The notes: generated by a model not told the origin, from the letters alone. A stretch of 64,000 bases of DNA from an uncultured bacterium (GCA_964459995.1 CAYWOR010000013.1:8007-72006); one strand, 5' to 3'; positions 49,105 through 58,542 are shown, numbered from the stretch's first letter. Numbers and translations are program-made.

Positions 49105-50514
49105 ATGTTTGAAAAAATCAGCGAAGTAAGGAAGTTTATCGAGGAGAGGGGCATCGAGATGGTGGATCTGCGCTTTGTGGATGTCCCCGGCAGATGGCAC
49201 CATATAGGCATTCCGGCAAGGAATTGCAACGAGCATGTTTTAGAGGAGGGTATTCCCTTCGACAGCTCGAGTATCCCCGGATTTAAGGGAGTGGAATGCG
49301 GCGATATGGCGCTGATACCCGACCTTACCAGCGGGTTTGTCGATCCCTTCGCAGAACATCCGACGTTGTGTTTCCTATGCGACATATGCGAGGCGGATAC
49401 GAAAGAGAACATCGACCGCGACCCGCGAGGAGTAGCTGTCCGTGCGGAAAAATATCTGAAAGAGAAACTCGGCGCGGAATCGATGTGGCTTCCCGAGATG
49501 GAATTCTACCTCTTCGAAAAAGCGGATTACGGCACAGGAAAAGATTATAGCTTCTTCGAATTCACCAGCGACGAAACTAACCCCGACTCCAACGGCTTCG
49601 CGATGATCCATGGCACCGGCTACCACGCTATTCCGCCGGCGGATAAGAGCAACGATGTCCGCGCGGAAATGGTTTCTGTTATCGAGGAAATGGGCATTCC
49701 GGTGAAATATCACCACCACGAGGTCGGTCCCGACGGCCAGAACGAAATCGAGATTATTCCAACAACGCTCCTCAAAGCCGCCGACGCTATTATGCTTATG
49801 AAATACGCAATCCGCATGGTGGCATCGGAATACGATATGGTCGCCTGCTTCATGCCGAAACCTCTCTATGGCGAACCCGGAAGCGGAATGCACTTCCACC
49901 AGTTCCTTCGTAAAAACGGCCTCAGCCTCTTCTGGGACGAGAAAGCCGCCCACGCCCATTTTTCGAACATGGGCAAATCCTATATTTCCGGGCTTCTCGA
50001 CCACGCCCCCTCGATAGTCGGACTGACTAATCCCTCGACAAATAGCTATAAACGCCTGATTCCCGGATTCGAAGCGCCTATCAAACAGTTCTACGGCCTC
50101 GCGAACCGAAGCGCGGCGATACGAATTCCCAAATACGACGACACTCCGAAAATGAAACGGTGCGAATTCCGGCCTCCGGACGCCACATGCAACCCCTATA
50201 TTGCAATCTCCGCGCAACTTATGGCCGGCATCGACGGCATCGAACGCAACCTCGACCCAGCCAAAATGAATTTCGGGCCGATTGATCAGGACGTTACAAA
50301 ACTTCCGCAGAAAGAACAAAACCGCATCAAATCTATCCCGACCAATGTCCGCGACGCCCTCTCCGCGCTGGAAAAGGACAACGCCTACCTGCTGAAAGGC
50401 GACGTTTTCCCTGTCGGCCTTATCGAGAAACACATCGAGATAGCGCTCCAGAAAACCTCGGACATAGAACTCCGCCCCACCCCGAGGGAGATGGAGCTGT
50501 ATTTCGACCTTTGA
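49105..50514 (+). CDS. glnA: Glutamine synthetase type I
   Basis: FDSSSI.G, HHHEV, FMPKP..G..GSGMH, NSYKRL.PGFEAP, NRSAAIRIP. Confidence 0.96.
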   Translation: MFEKISEVRKFIEERGIEMVDLRFVDVPGRWHHIGIPARNCNEHVLEEGIPFDSSSIPGFKGVECGDMALIPDLTSGFVDPFAEHPTLCFLCDICEADTKENIDRDPRGVAVRAEKYLKEKLGAESMWLPEMEFYLFEKADYGTGKDYSFFEFTSDETNPDSNGFAMIHGTGYHAIPPADKSNDVRAEMVSVIEEMGIPVKYHHHEVGPDGQNEIEIIPTTLLKAADAIMLMKYAIRMVASEYDMVACFMPKPLYGEPGSGMHFHQFLRKNGLSLFWDEKAAHAHFSNMGKSYISGLLDHAPSIVGLTNPSTNSYKRLIPGFEAPIKQFYGLANRSAAIRIPKYDDTPKMKRCEFRPPDATCNPYIAISAQLMAGIDGIERNLDPAKMNFGPIDQDVTKLPQKEQNRIKSIPTNVRDALSALEKDNAYLLKGDVFPVGLIEKHIEIALQKTSDIELRPTPREMELYFDL

Positions 50515-50529
50515 CGTGCTCAACCGCCC

Positions 50530-50591
50530 GTAGGGTGGATTTCGCTTTCGGCAACCGAAAATTCCCGTAGGGGCGAACCTTGTGTTCGCCC
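50530..50591 (+). repeat. GTAG-type REP-like palindromes (one intact at 50567-50591, one degenerate at 50530); may double as glnA terminator
   Basis: GTAG-GGGCGAAC-cttgt-GTTCGCCC followed by T tract; both copies start cccgtaggg. Confidence 0.65.
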
Positions 50592-50846
50592 CTTTTCTAT
50601 TCACCCTTCATTTTTTCCTTGACATCTTCCAAAAATAAGACTTATCTTGTTTAGCGATAATAATGAAAACCGCGCAGGACATAACACAGAACCCGCGACC
50701 GAGACGGCCACAGGAGAGGCCATTGTGGCTTCCCCGCGCGGAGAGCGCCACGGTATCAGCGAACGGGAGGAGACAAGCCCCTCACTTTTTTTCCGCGAGT
50801 GAGATTCTCTTCCTTGGCGCGGCGAACTGATGTTTTTCTTGTTTAA

Positions 50847-50880
50847 GAAATGAAAGTTAGCCTGAAATGAAAGTTAGCCT
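50847..50880 (+). repeat. Perfect 17-bp tandem duplication
   Basis: gaaatgaaagttagcct x2. Confidence 0.9.
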
Positions 50881-50959
50881 AATGAATAAACCCTCAGTTA
50901 AAAACCCCAAACGGGAGCGAGGGTGCGAGGTGGAAAACTAAGCTTAAAGGAGTGTCGAG

Positions 50960-51784
50960 ATGAAACAGTTTCTTTTCGCAGTATTGCTTGCAAGTATTGC
51001 ATTTGGACAATGGTCTGTGGAACTTATCCCGCATATATTTTATTCCGAAGACAGCACACTGATTTGGAGTGATATATATTATTTCGGCACAAATCCATCC
51101 GCGACTGATGGATACGATGCGGGCATCGACAATCCAACCCCCCCATTCCCGCCATCCGGTCCCTTCTTCTATTTCGTAATAGATGATTTGCCAATCAATC
51201 ATCTTCGCGAAGACTTCAGAAGCTCAAGCGACGATACAATTATCTGGACCATAGCATTCGGAAGCATGGGTTTCCCGATGCCCGAATCCCTTTGGTTTAC
51301 ATGGGATACAACTGCTATTCCTCCTACTGGCGATTACCGTATAGATGTTACCGCTTTATCAAGAGGTAGCCAATTACCTAATGCTATCGCTTGGGATGAC
51401 GCTGTGGAAATGAGGAGCGAATGTCATATTCCCTATTACACGGAAAATTACTTTGTGGATGTTATAAAAATCCGCCAGGTCCTTACTACAGGCATATATG
51501 AATACTCGACATCCTCGCGCCCCTCGACCTATACAATTTTCGCCTACCCAAATCCCTTCAATTCTGCGGTTAGCTTGACGATAAACCTCCCAAATGATAC
51601 TGAACTCTCGTTGAAAATAATCGATTTAACCGGTCGAGCGGTTGAGAAAATCGCCGACGGAAATTTTAACAGCGGCAATCATTCATTTGTCTGGAATGCC
51701 GTTAACAAATCCTCCGGGATTTATTTCGCTGTCCTGAGCACCGATGGGAAATCGGTAAAACGCAAGCTGTTACTCGTGAAGTAA
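50960..51784 (+). CDS. Secreted protein with T9SS-like C-terminal domain
   Basis: AAGGAG RBS, signal peptide, ATDGYDAGID motif, YPNPFNS...SSGIYF...RKLLLVK. Confidence 0.82.
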   Translation: MKQFLFAVLLASIAFGQWSVELIPHIFYSEDSTLIWSDIYYFGTNPSATDGYDAGIDNPTPPFPPSGPFFYFVIDDLPINHLREDFRSSSDDTIIWTIAFGSMGFPMPESLWFTWDTTAIPPTGDYRIDVTALSRGSQLPNAIAWDDAVEMRSECHIPYYTENYFVDVIKIRQVLTTGIYEYSTSSRPSTYTIFAYPNPFNSAVSLTINLPNDTELSLKIIDLTGRAVEKIADGNFNSGNHSFVWNAVNKSSGIYFAVLSTDGKSVKRKLLLVK

Positions 51785-51898
51785 ATGTAGCAACGAGGCG
51801 AGGGGCATAAAACCTCCGCCCTAGGACTTAAAAAGAACGGAAGCCGGCGAAAATCCCAAAAAATGATAAATTCGAGGGGAAATATGGCGAAGTTGGCG

Positions 51899-52050
51899 GC
51901 AAAAAAGGGGTGTCTGTCTGCAAAACCGGGTTTTCCAACGCAAAAAGGGGTTTGTCGTTTGCAAAATCAACTTTCCGTTTTGTAAATACTACTTTTCTAT
52001 TTGTAAAAAACAGGTTTTCCGTTTGCAAAACCTACTTTTGTTTTGCAAAA
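51899..52050. repeat. Degenerate ~21-bp periodic array (8 units)
   Basis: GYAAA anchors at 51899, 51920, 51940, 51961, 51982, 52003, 52025, 52045, most preceded by T tracts. Confidence 0.7.
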
Positions 52051-52101
52051 TCAAGAATTTCAACGGCTTAAGAGAACAGCCGGAAAAGTGCCCCGAGCAA
52101 G

Positions 52102-52133
52102 AAAAGGCGGCCGATTGGCCGCCTTTTTTTTTT
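52102..52133. terminator. Bidirectional intrinsic terminator
   Basis: aaaaggcggcc-gatt-ggccgcctttttttttt. Confidence 0.85.
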
Positions 52134-52212
52134 ACTCTCCTCTCCCCCTCTACACTCTTATCCCTGAATTCGCAGAAACGCTGGTTGTTGGTTTTTCGAG
52201 TTTCGATAGAGG

Positions 52213-53049
52213 TTATATCGAGAGAAGAACCTTCATTTTGATGTCGATTTTTGGTGGGTTTTGTGAATGGCCGCCGCCCATCTGAGGGGGGCCTCCGCCC
52301 ATATTGCCGGATGGCGAACCGCCTCTGTCGCCTTGAGGTCTTCCGCCCTCGCCCTCGCCGCCGCCAAATCCGCCGCTCTGGCCGCCCTGCGGCCTTTTTC
52401 CTTGTGAATCGGCGCCCATTGGACTCTCGAATTTACCGCTTTTAATAGATAGTCCTATCTCTTTTCCCTCCGTCGCGACCGCTTCCAATCCGAAAAGCCC
52501 TTCACCGAGCGGCATTTTTATTTCGATAGCTAAATCATCCCCATTTTTCGCTATCGCGAGATCGAATCCCATCTCACGAGCCTTTTCGATTGCGAAAATC
52601 CGCTCGTGTCCATCGGAATCGATGAGGATTATATCCTCGATTTCAGGGGGTTGAATTCGCATTTTACGTTCTCTGGGGGCAGATGGCTGTCTATCGACTT
52701 CCCTTCTTTCGGATAGCTCCTTTTTTTCTGCGACTGGGAGCTTTATTCCGATATTCTTTCCCGATGGCGAATCGAAACTAACTGTCAAACCGCCCATAAA
52801 CGATGCCATCGCGAAATTGTCCTCTGCGGAACCGAGCATTAGATACAAATAATCACTGTCGTTTTGAAGCCCTAATCTCGCCGAATAATTTGAGAACCAA
52901 TACACGCCTGTATCCCACTCGTGGGCATCGCCGTCGATAAGCAGATCGGCAACTTTCGGGGCGCAATGATAAAGTGGCCCGCCGCAACCTGTTACAAATA
53001 AAGCTATTAGTGTCAAAAACGATAATATTCTCTTCCGCAACTTTTTCAT
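52213..53049 (-). CDS. Hypothetical lipoprotein with Gly/Gln-rich low-complexity loop
   Basis: Lipobox VTGC, IDGDAHEW, NDSDYLY (CBM9/DOMON-like start); GGAGG RBS. Confidence 0.75.
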   Translation of the reverse strand: MKKLRKRILSFLTLIALFVTGCGGPLYHCAPKVADLLIDGDAHEWDTGVYWFSNYSARLGLQNDSDYLYLMLGSAEDNFAMASFMGGLTVSFDSPSGKNIGIKLPVAEKKELSERREVDRQPSAPRERKMRIQPPEIEDIILIDSDGHERIFAIEKAREMGFDLAIAKNGDDLAIEIKMPLGEGLFGLEAVATEGKEIGLSIKSGKFESPMGADSQGKRPQGGQSGGFGGGEGEGGRPQGDRGGSPSGNMGGGPPQMGGGHSQNPPKIDIKMKVLLSI

Positions 53050-53162
53050 CTTGCCTCCGAAAGTCTTTTTGTTTTAGACCCTATAGAAGCAATTACGTTT
53101 ATTGGAAAAAAATATAAGGGAAAATACTACCGACAGCTTCGGCCAATCCTACCCTAAAACTC

Positions 53163-54590
53163 TCAACCCTCGATTCGCCAAATCGTGCCGTCGGGGGTGT
53201 CCTTGATTATGTAGCCGGCGGTGGCGATGGCGTCGCGGATTGTGTCCGCGCGCGGCCAGTCTTTGTTCGCGCGGGCCTCGGCGCGGAGTTCTATCGCGCG
53301 TTCGATGGTGATTTCCTCGCCGTCGAGAACAACCGGCCTCGATGAGGTTTCGATTTTCGGCAGAAGGCCGGTTACGGCGTCGAAATCGCGAAGGAAGGCG
53401 AGGATAGGCTCGGCGTCGGCGGATGACAGCCCGCCGGAATCCCGAAGCTTGTTGATTTCGCGAACCAGCTCGAAAACCGCCCCCATAGCGCCGGAGATGT
53501 TGAGATCGTCGTCGAGGGAATCCTCGAAACCCGCGCGGGCTTTTTGCAGAAGTTCCGTAGATGAAGGGTTGATTTCGCCCTTCGGAAGCGCACCCAGCAT
53601 GGTCTCGAACTCGCGAAGCCTATCGATGGAGGATTTCGCGCCGTCGAGGCCGTCGAAGGTGAAATTGAGTTGCTGGCGGTAGTGGGTGGAAATCAGGACA
53701 TAGCGCACTGCGAGCGGGTCGTAGCCCCTGTCGAGAAGCTGGCGCAGGGTGTAGAAATTCCCGAGTGATTTCGACATCTTTTTGCCCTCGACTATCAGAT
53801 GCGCGCTGTGAAGCCAATATTTCACGAAAGGCTCTCCGCTGGCGGCTTCCGATTGGGCGATTTCGTTCTCGTGGTGGGGGAAAATGTTGTCCTCGCCGCC
53901 GGTGTGGATGTCGAAAGTGGTGCCGAGATATTGTGAGCTCATGGCGGAACACTCGATATGCCATCCGGGACGGCCTTTGCCGAGTTCGGTTTCCCAGTAA
54001 ACCTCGCCGTCGCCCTCGTCCCAGGCTTTCCACAGGGCGAAATCTGCGGCCTGATCCTTCTCGTATTCGTCGGAGGAAATTCGCGCGCCGGAGATGTTCA
54101 TATCGATACGCTTGCCGGAAAGTTTGCCGTATTCGGGAAATTTCGCGATGCTGTAGTAAATCGAGCCGTCCGCGCCACGATAGGCATAGCCCTTGTCCAG
54201 AAGGCTTTTGACCAGCGCGACCATGGCGTCGATATGCTCGGTGGCCGAGGGGTAAACCTCCGCACGTTCGATTCCGAGGGTGTCGAGGTCCTCGAAGAAG
54301 GCGGCTTTGAACTTCGCGGTGTAGTCGTCGAGGGAAATCCCCTGAGCGTTGCTTCCGCGGATGGTCTTATCATCGACATCTGTGAGGTTCATAACTTGGG
54401 TAACGCTGTAACCGCGGTATTTGAGCCATCGGCGAAGGAGGTCTTCAAACATGTATGTCCGGTAATTACCGATATGGGCGTAATCGTAAACTGTTGGTCC
54501 GCAAGTGTATAGACCTACTTTTTTGTCGTCGAGCGGCTTGAATTCGACAATTCGGTTGCCGAGAGTATTTTTAAACCTAATAGCCATCAT
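53163..54590 (-). CDS. cysS: Cysteine--tRNA ligase
   Basis: CGPTVY, HIGN, GRPGWHIECS, FPHHENE, KMSKS. Confidence 0.98.
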   Translation of the reverse strand: MMAIRFKNTLGNRIVEFKPLDDKKVGLYTCGPTVYDYAHIGNYRTYMFEDLLRRWLKYRGYSVTQVMNLTDVDDKTIRGSNAQGISLDDYTAKFKAAFFEDLDTLGIERAEVYPSATEHIDAMVALVKSLLDKGYAYRGADGSIYYSIAKFPEYGKLSGKRIDMNISGARISSDEYEKDQAADFALWKAWDEGDGEVYWETELGKGRPGWHIECSAMSSQYLGTTFDIHTGGEDNIFPHHENEIAQSEAASGEPFVKYWLHSAHLIVEGKKMSKSLGNFYTLRQLLDRGYDPLAVRYVLISTHYRQQLNFTFDGLDGAKSSIDRLREFETMLGALPKGEINPSSTELLQKARAGFEDSLDDDLNISGAMGAVFELVREINKLRDSGGLSSADAEPILAFLRDFDAVTGLLPKIETSSRPVVLDGEEITIERAIELRAEARANKDWPRADTIRDAIATAGYIIKDTPDGTIWRIEG

Positions 54591-54669
54591 AATCTCCTTA
54601 GCGGCGATTTGCTTTTTGCGAATCCCAAATTACCGATTGTCAGGATTTTTTCAAGAGAAAAAGGGGTTC

Positions 54670-54975
54670 TCAGCGGGATGTTTCCTTGCGGGAGTCGAGT
54701 ATTATCATGAACACGATTTTCTGGGCGTCGTCTATCGCGTAAAAAAGGCGGAAATCACCTATCCGATAGCGTCTGAGGGGCGGTTCGAAAGCCTTCAGTT
54801 TCGCGATATTTCGTCCGTAAAAGGGATTCTCGCAAAGTTGGGGGTAGGCATGCCCTTTGAGTTTGCGCCCGATTAGCACCCTGTCGTGTTCCGGAAGGGT
54901 TTCGAGGTGTTTGATAAATTCGTCGGTCTCGAATATTCGATAATCAGACAAAGCGCCCTCTTTTCTCTTCGGCAT
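54670..54975 (-). CDS. RelE/ParE family toxin (true start probably TTG near 54951)
   Basis: YRIFET..F, NP..G.NI.KL, RYRIGDFRLFY.ID. Confidence 0.85.
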   Translation of the reverse strand: MPKRKEGALSDYRIFETDEFIKHLETLPEHDRVLIGRKLKGHAYPQLCENPFYGRNIAKLKAFEPPLRRYRIGDFRLFYAIDDAQKIVFMIILDSRKETSR

Positions 54976-55183
54976 CTTTGATGCCTCGGTTGAGACCTTT
55001 GCGAAGCTCGCGGTTGCCGATTATCTCCTCCATCTCGAATTCGTCCGCCATGTCCTGTGATTCGATATATTTCAGGACGGCGGTCTCGATAAAATTGGAC
55101 AGTGGGCGGTTTTCCCGTTTGGCGAGCTCGGTAAAACGCTCGTATTCCTCATCGGGGATTCGTAATGTTATCGACTTTGGCAT
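54944..55183 (-). CDS. Ribbon-helix-helix (CopG-like) antitoxin
   Basis: KSITLRI...A.RENR.LSNFIE.A, acidic C-terminus; overlaps toxin. Confidence 0.85.
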   Translation of the reverse strand: MPKSITLRIPDEEYERFTELAKRENRPLSNFIETAVLKYIESQDMADEFEMEEIIGNRELRKGLNRGIKDAEEKRGRFV

Positions 55184-55184
55184 T

Positions 55185-55264
55185 TTTACACTCCTGTATT
55201 CAATTTTACACTAATAGAATACAATTTACACTAATAGAATACAAATGCATACATTTGATGTCAA
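55185..55264 (-). promoter_or_regulatory. TA promoter overlapped by 20-bp tandem repeats
   Basis: TTGACA (55264-59) N17 TATTCT; tttacactaatagaatacaa identical at 55205 and 55225, partial third copy at 55185. Confidence 0.65.
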
Positions 55265-55265
55265 T

Positions 55266-56396
55266 TTAATTCTTCCCTGCAATGCGGTCGAGAAACTCGG
55301 GAAGAAATTGCGCGTCGGTTTCCCATGTGAATTTCTCGCGCACCGATTTGAGGCAAGTCTCAGCGCGCTGACGCATTGCGACATCATCCCGCGCGAGGTC
55401 GGCGATTATCTGGGGCACCTTCGGCTCGTCCCCGGGTGCGATAAAGACAGGCCCGTCTGCCTCGGTAATGAGACCCTCATAGGATGGCAACCATGTCGCG
55501 ATTGGCACCGTCCCCTTAGCCATATAATCGAAAACCTTCGTAGAAACGATGCGCGAATAATTCGGTGTCGGTTCGACGAGTGAAAGCCCGAATCTCGCGC
55601 TTTCCATCATCTTGAGCACATCGGCATAAGGCTCGAGTTTGCGGGGAAATTTGAGATAACCCTTACCCATATGGTTTTCGGCGACCTTCATGCAGGCTTT
55701 GCCGTAAACACCGTCGAAACAGGGGCCGATAACCTCCAGCCGCCAACCGTCGAAAAGACCGCCCGGGGCAAAATGTTCGGCCATTCCAAGTATCTCTATG
55801 CCCTTACGCGATTTCATCAGGCCGCCGACATAGATAATAGTATCGGTTTTCGGCGGAATTTCGTCGAGAATATCCTCGCCCCGCGGGAAATTGTGCAACA
55901 TCAAAATAGGCGTGCCGGTGTCCTCGAGCCTTTCGATGTTTTCTTTCATGGCAACGATAAGGCCGTCGCATGCCTCGACTCCGTCCCACTCTTTTTTCGC
56001 GATGAATTTCCGCACAGCACCGCGAAGAATATCCGGCACCCAGCGTTTTTCGGAGAGATAAAATGGATATGGCTCCATGGCGTCGTGGATGACCTTTTTC
56101 CCATGTTTCGACAGGTATTTTGCGAGGTCGAGCACCTCGGTATCGTGTATGATATAGATGTCGCCGTCGAGTGCCAGCGCGCGTTTCCCGAGACGCCGTC
56201 CGACATAAACGCGCATAAAGCGGTTGTCCGGCCTTGGGACGATATCGTATTCGATACCCGGGTAGGGATCGGCCTTGCCGTTATAGAGCATGAGCATCGT
56301 AACCCGATGTCCCGCCTCGATAATTGTCCTTGAAATCTTATAAAAAACTCTAACGTCGAAGGGTGGATGTGTTGTAACTATTTGAACTATATGCAT
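55266..56396 (-). CDS. Glycosyltransferase (GT4-like)
   Basis: HPPFDVRVFYK, NFP, YVGGL..RKG, KVFDYMA.G.P. Confidence 0.85.
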   Translation of the reverse strand: MHIVQIVTTHPPFDVRVFYKISRTIIEAGHRVTMLMLYNGKADPYPGIEYDIVPRPDNRFMRVYVGRRLGKRALALDGDIYIIHDTEVLDLAKYLSKHGKKVIHDAMEPYPFYLSEKRWVPDILRGAVRKFIAKKEWDGVEACDGLIVAMKENIERLEDTGTPILMLHNFPRGEDILDEIPPKTDTIIYVGGLMKSRKGIEILGMAEHFAPGGLFDGWRLEVIGPCFDGVYGKACMKVAENHMGKGYLKFPRKLEPYADVLKMMESARFGLSLVEPTPNYSRIVSTKVFDYMAKGTVPIATWLPSYEGLITEADGPVFIAPGDEPKVPQIIADLARDDVAMRQRAETCLKSVREKFTWETDAQFLPEFLDRIAGKN

Positions 56397-57766
56397 TTTT
56401 TGTCCTTTTGGGAATAAATTGCGCAGAGCGCGCCTAAGGGCAAATATAAGAATGGATCGCTCGCCGTAACATCGGCGAGGCTGTTAACGAACATAAAGGC
56501 GACGAAGGTGATCAAAAGGTTTGCGAATCTAACGGTCTCGGGGGGGTATTCTTTTTTGCGCCGGATTCTGAGCCATATAATTACAGGGCTTAAAAACAGC
56601 AAAACAAAAGCAACCAAGCCGAATAGCCCCCACTCGATATAAAACTCGATGAAGAGATTGTGCGGGAATCTCAGCCCCGCGCCGACCGCCCATGCCGGCA
56701 GAATCGAAGCGAAATTCCCCGTTCCCACTCCAATAAGAATATTATCGAATCTATGTTCCCATGCCGCGAGCCACATCCCGACCCTTCCGGCAGTGGAGAG
56801 ATCGACATACTGCAAATTTTTAAAGCGGCTAATCAGCGAACCAAAACCGAGATACAAAGGCGTGGCAATGAGAATTACAATCATCAGTCCGACCGTAATC
56901 CGTTTCGTAAGGCTCATCCCAGAAAACAGGACGACAAACATCACCACCGCACCAAAAAGCGCCAGAAAAGAGGCTCTCGAACCGGTTAGCACCACAAGAA
57001 CGACGCTTGTGATGAAGAAAAGGCTGAGATACAGACGCGTCGCCTTCGATTTGGACTCGAAGAAATACCAAACCGCCGTAAGGGCAACAAGGCCGGTATT
57101 TCGGGCTACAGTGTTCAGGTTCACCATCTCGATAGGCGCGAACCGCATCAGATTTCCCATGCCGCCGAGGAAATAGTTGGCAAAGGAATAGAGAATTGGC
57201 AAAGAACCTAAATAGACAGTGGATTTGAAGCCATCGATAAGAAGTTTTGGCTCGCCGGAGTATAAATTCAGCATTATGAAAGGCAATAGGCAGGTAACGA
57301 CTAAAACAAAGGCTTTTACTGATGTGTGGTATGCAAAGTCGGTTCGGAAAACATTCATAAAAAACACAATTGCGAAATAGCCGACGGAAAAGATTATCAG
57401 ATTCGATTTTTCCGGAATTTTGGCCTTCCCAGAAAGAATGAGAAATGCCGTGGTGAAGGCAAGTGCCGCGGTCATGGCGGGATACACGAGTATCGGTTTT
57501 TCGAAATCGATTACCGTTAGGATAATTCCGAAAATCGAGATGCCCGAAATAAAAAGGCCAATCCCCATTTCGGGTTTGATGACAAAAACGATACCGCAAA
57601 GTATTACCGCCGGAATCGCGACGAGAAGGTATTCACCCATTAACTCGGCGCCCCATATGCTTCCGAGGGCTACCATAACGATCAGAAGCCCCAAAACTCT
57701 TTTTAAGGGAGCTTCTGCAACATTTGCAAGTGGATGTTCGTTTACAGCAGTATCCACACTACCCAT
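56387..57766 (-). CDS. O-antigen ligase/Wzy-like membrane protein
   Basis: LTGSRAS, GR..MW, GVGTGNF, PHNLFIE..IEWG; start uncertain (57766 ATG or nearby GTG). Confidence 0.85.
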   Translation of the reverse strand: MGSVDTAVNEHPLANVAEAPLKRVLGLLIVMVALGSIWGAELMGEYLLVAIPAVILCGIVFVIKPEMGIGLFISGISIFGIILTVIDFEKPILVYPAMTAALAFTTAFLILSGKAKIPEKSNLIIFSVGYFAIVFFMNVFRTDFAYHTSVKAFVLVVTCLLPFIMLNLYSGEPKLLIDGFKSTVYLGSLPILYSFANYFLGGMGNLMRFAPIEMVNLNTVARNTGLVALTAVWYFFESKSKATRLYLSLFFITSVVLVVLTGSRASFLALFGAVVMFVVLFSGMSLTKRITVGLMIVILIATPLYLGFGSLISRFKNLQYVDLSTAGRVGMWLAAWEHRFDNILIGVGTGNFASILPAWAVGAGLRFPHNLFIEFYIEWGLFGLVAFVLLFLSPVIIWLRIRRKKEYPPETVRFANLLITFVAFMFVNSLADVTASDPFLYLPLGALCAIYSQKDKKCI

Positions 57767-58542
57767 GCCCAGAATTGGACGAACAGCCAGCTGTCGAATC
57801 TGTCCCAAAAACCGCCGTGCCCGGGAATCGCATTGCTGGAATCTTTTATCGCCATCTCTCGTTTTACTTTGCTTTCGAACAAATCGCCTAAGACCGCGAA
57901 AATACCGGCGGGAACCGAGAAAATCATTACTTCCCAGCCGAAAACTTCCGGCCAAATCAGTTTGAATGCAAGGCCGACAATCGCCGTGCCGAAAATCTCG
58001 CCCGCGAACCCCGCCCAAGTTTTGTTCGGCGATAGAACCGGCGTCATCTTAGGCCCGCCGATAAGTTTTCCTGCGGCATATGCCATCGTGTCGCCCACCC
58101 AGACCGTAACCAGCGGGATTATCGCGTAAAGACCGTGCCGAGCATTTAGATCGAAAGCCAGCGAGGGTATCGTCGCGAAAAAAATTAACACGAAAGGCCC
58201 AACCATAGAGCGTCTCAGCGAGCCGTCGATCGGCCTGCGAAGTAGTTCGAGCAAAAACCATGCCGCCGAAAAGAGCACAATGAATTCCATCGCACCCAAA
58301 GGCTTATCGAAATAGCGTAGCAGAACGAAAAACATCGCCGAAGCGGTAAGCATAATCTCCTGCCATGGCGATGTCGTTATCGAGGGGATGGTCGTGAACT
58401 CGGATGTTAATGAAAAAACCACCGCCAGCACCGCAAAGAGCATGAAAATGCCCCCGACATAGAAACAATAAAGCAGTGCCGGCACGAATAGTATCGCAAC
58501 CAGCACTCGATAAAGGAAATTTTTACCGTCATTCTTCATCAT
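57742..58542 (-). CDS. cdsA: Phosphatidate cytidylyltransferase
   Basis: WVGDTMAY, SPNKTWAG, GDLFESKVKR..IKDS..IPGHGG..DRFDS. Confidence 0.95.
   Translation of the reverse strand: MMKNDGKNFLYRVLVAILFVPALLYCFYVGGIFMLFAVLAVVFSLTSEFTTIPSITTSPWQEIMLTASAMFFVLLRYFDKPLGAMEFIVLFSAAWFLLELLRRPIDGSLRRSMVGPFVLIFFATIPSLAFDLNARHGLYAIIPLVTVWVGDTMAYAAGKLIGGPKMTPVLSPNKTWAGFAGEIFGTAIVGLAFKLIWPEVFGWEVMIFSVPAGIFAVLGDLFESKVKREMAIKDSSNAIPGHGGFWDRFDSWLFVQFWAWVVWILL

Noticed and set aside
49375-50604. 409-aa minus-strand ORF
   Set aside because: Antisense shadow of glnA
51828-52028. 66-aa minus-strand ORF as a real gene
   Set aside because: TTG start without an RBS; low-complexity product of the periodic DNA; kept only as an alternative explanation
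51899-52050. CRISPR array
   Set aside because: No identical 23-47-bp repeats, period too short, no cas genes
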